Part shown: in pieces, positions 61,301 through 64,000 of the stretch | How the letters are laid out: every line of letters begins with the position of its first letter | Numbering within the stretch: the stretch's first letter is position 1 | Assembly (NCBI GenBank): GCA_036785375.1 | Contig: JAWMAR010000388.1 | Location: 248,001-312,000, forward strand | Source of the DNA: Leucoraja ocellata | Lineage: Eukaryota | DNA: 64,000 nt | Direction: 5' to 3' | Translations under genes and position numbers: made by a program | The notes under the pieces: generated by a model | Told to the model about the DNA's origin: nothing | Seen by the model: the letters and a program-made list of their open reading frames with translations, nothing else | Databases searched by the model: none

Positions 61301-63959
61301 GTGTTCAAGAAGGAACTGCAGATGCTGGAAGATCGAAGGTACACAAAATTGCTGGAGAAACTCAGCGTGTGCAGCAGCATCTATGGAGCGAAGGAAATAG
61401 GCGACGTTTCGGGCCGAAACCCTTCTTCAGACTGATGGGGGGTGTGGGGGAAGAAGGAAGGAAAAAGGGAGGAGGAGGAACCCGAGGGCTGGGGGATTGG
61501 AGGAGACAGCTCGAGGGTTAAGGAAGGGGAGGAGACAGCAAGGGCTAGCAAAATTGGGAGAATTCAACGTTCATGCCATCAGGACGCAAGCAACCCAGGC
61601 GGAATATGATGTGCTGTTCCTCCAATTTCCGGTGTTGTTCACTCTGGCAATGGAGGAGACCCAGGACAGAGAGGTCGGATTGGGAATGGGAGGGGGAGTT
61701 GAAGTGCTGAGCCACCGGGAGTTCAGGTAGGTTATTGCGGACTGAGGCGAGGTGTTCGGCGAAACGATCGCCCAACCTTCGCTTAGTCTCCCCGATGTAA
61801 ATCAGCTGGCATCTAGAGCAGCGGATGCAGTAGATGAGGTTGGAGGAGATACAGGTGAACCTTTGTCGCACCTGGAACGACTGCTTGGGTCCTTGAATGG
61901 AGTCGAGGGGGGAGGTGAAGGGACAGCTGTTGCATTGCTTGCGGTTGCAACGGAAAGTGCCCGGGGAGGGGGTGGTATGGGAGGGAAGGGAAGAATTGAC
62001 AAGGGAGTTGCGGAGGGAGTGGTCTTTGCGGAAGGCAGACATAGGGGGAGATGGGAAGATGTGGCGAATGGTGGGGTCACGTTGGAGGTGGCAGAAATGG
62101 CGGAGGATTATGTGTTGTATTTGCCGGCTGGTGGGGTGAAAGGTGAGGACCAGGGGGACTCTGCCCTTGTTGCGAGTGCGGGGATGGGGAGAGAGAGCAG
62201 TGTTGCGGGGTATGGATGAGACCCTGTTGCGAGCCTCATCTATGGTGGTGGAGGGGAATCCCCGTTCCTGAACAATGAGGACATTTCCGATGCCCTGGTA
62301 TGGAATGTCTCATCCTGGGAACAGATGCGGCGTAGGCGGAGGAATTGGGAGTAGGGGATGGAGTCTTTACAGGGGGCAGGGTGGGAAGACGTGTAGTCCA
62401 GATAGCCATGTGAGTCAGTTGATTTGTAGTGTATGTTGGTCAGAAGTCTGTCCCCTACGATGGAGATGGTGAGGTCAAGGAATGGTAGGGGAGTGTCGGA
62501 AATGGTCCAGGTGTATTGGAGTGCCGGATGGAAGTTGGTGGTGAAGTGGATGAAGTCAGTTAGTTGTGTGTAGGTGCAGGAGGTGGCCCCAAAGCAGTCG
62601 TCAATGTAACGGAGATAGAGGTCGGGTATGGGGCCCTAGTACGTATTGAACAAGGATTGTTCAACGTACCCGACAAAAAGGCAGGCGTAGCTGGGGCCCA
62701 TGCGTGTACCCATAGCTACGCCTTGTGTTTGGAGGAAATGGGAGTAGTCAAACGTAAAGTTGTTGAGGGTGAGGACCAACTCCGCTAGGCGGAGGAGAGT
62801 GTCAGTGGCTGGGTATAGGTTGCTCCTCTGGTCGAGGAAGAACCAGAGGCCATCCTGGTGGGGGATGGAGGTGTAGAGTGACTGGACATCCATGGTGAAG
62901 ATGAGGGGGTGAGGACCTAGAGAGTGGAATGCGTGGAGGCAGCGGAGAGTGTCTGAGGTGTCTAGAACATAGGTGGGAAGGGATTTGACCAAGGGGGATA
63001 GTATGGAGTCAAGGTATGTGGAGATGAGTTCGGTGGGGCACGAACAGGCAGAGACAATGGGTCTGCCGGAGAGCCGGGTTTGTGGATTTTGGGGAGAAGG
63101 TAAAAACGTGCCGTGCGGGGCTGGGGAACGATGAGGTTGGAAGATTGGTCGGGCAGGGCGTGGGAATTGATGAAGTCGGTGATGGTGCTAGATATGGTGG
63201 CCTGATGCTCGTCAGTGTGGTCATGGTCCAAGGGTAAGTAGGAGGAGGTGTCCGAGAGTTGGCGCGTGGCCTCAGCTTTGTAGAGATCGACGCGCCAGAC
63301 TACCACGGCACCTCCCTTGTCGGCTGGTTTGATGACCCAATCTGGGTTTTTGCGGAGTGATTCAACGACAGTGCGTTCAGAGGGGGAGAGATTGGAGTGA
63401 GACAGGGGAGTGGAGAAGTTGAGGAGGTTGACGTCGCGGCGGCAGTTCTGGATAAAGAGTTCCAGAGCCGGGACGTTACGAGGGGGGTTCCACAAAGAGG
63501 GGGTGCATTGGAGACGGGAAAAAGGGTCATCATTGGGTGGCGAGGACTCCTTCCCATGGAAGTGCGCTGTGAGGCGGAGGCGAGGGTAGAAGCGCTCCAA
63601 GTCATGGTGGGCGCGGAACTCATTGAGATGGGGACGGAGGGGGACAAAGATAAGACGTCTGCTGAGGACAGACTGTTCGGTGTGGGAGAGGGGGATATGG
63701 TGAACACCCGGCAGGGATGGGAGTTGGGGCCAGAGGAAGGCAGGTGGGTGGACTGGGGACGGGGCGATGTGTCGGGGGGGGGGGGGGGGGGGGCTGTGGG
63801 TGTTGGGGGGGTGGTGGCTGGTCAGGGGGTGGGGGGGTGAGAGGGCTGTAATGTGGGTGGGGAAGAGTGGGAGTGACATGGTTGGAGGGGGATGGGGAGA
63901 GTCAGTGGAACAGCCACTGAGGTTAGCAAGGCGGGCACTAGGACCCAGTGGAGTGCAGA
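61301..63959 (-). mobile_element. Long Penelope-like element (N-terminal region, RT, GIY-YIG, pLTR), frameshifted, 13-bp TSD
   Basis: IKPADKGGAVVVW, FYLLPKIHK, TMDVQSLYTSIPH, QGVAMG and GIY-YIG motifs; caccactgcactt at 61288-61300 and 63960-63972. Confidence 0.95.
61400..61433 (-). ncRNA. Minimal hammerhead motif in the pLTR of the long PLE
   Basis: Reverse complement reads CTGAAGA-A-GGGT-TTCG-GCCC-GAAACGTC. Confidence 0.72.
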
Positions 63960-64000
63960 CACCACTGCACTTCACTGCTCTTAAACAGAGGCCGACTCAG

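Overview
Vertebrate genomic DNA from a cartilaginous fish, most likely a skate or ray (judged from the IgM sequence style and the HE1/HER1-type repeats). The first ~10.8 kb hold the 3' half of an apparently intact IgM heavy-chain cluster on the + strand: the end of the J-C intron, Cmu1-Cmu4, the secretory tailpiece, TM1 and TM2, all with canonical splice sites and compatible phases. No V, D or J segment and no second isotype were seen. The remaining ~53 kb are dense with transposons: several CR1/HER1 subfamilies, Penelope-like elements (PLEs) with RT and GIY-YIG domains, HE1 V-SINEs, Rex1, L2 and HERO fragments, MITEs, a ~3 kb telomere-like G-rich satellite and a composite tandem array. Buried among these, on the - strand and convergent with IgM, is a fragmented intron-containing SUN2-like (LINC complex) pseudogene at ~31.8-48 kb, with a possible CpG-island 5' end at ~51 kb; the ORF track does not show it as a unit. 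The PLE terminal repeats, present as many solo and inverted copies including two inside IgM introns, carry a minimal hammerhead ribozyme motif. All family assignments come from recalled motifs, not from database searches, and repeat boundaries are approximate.
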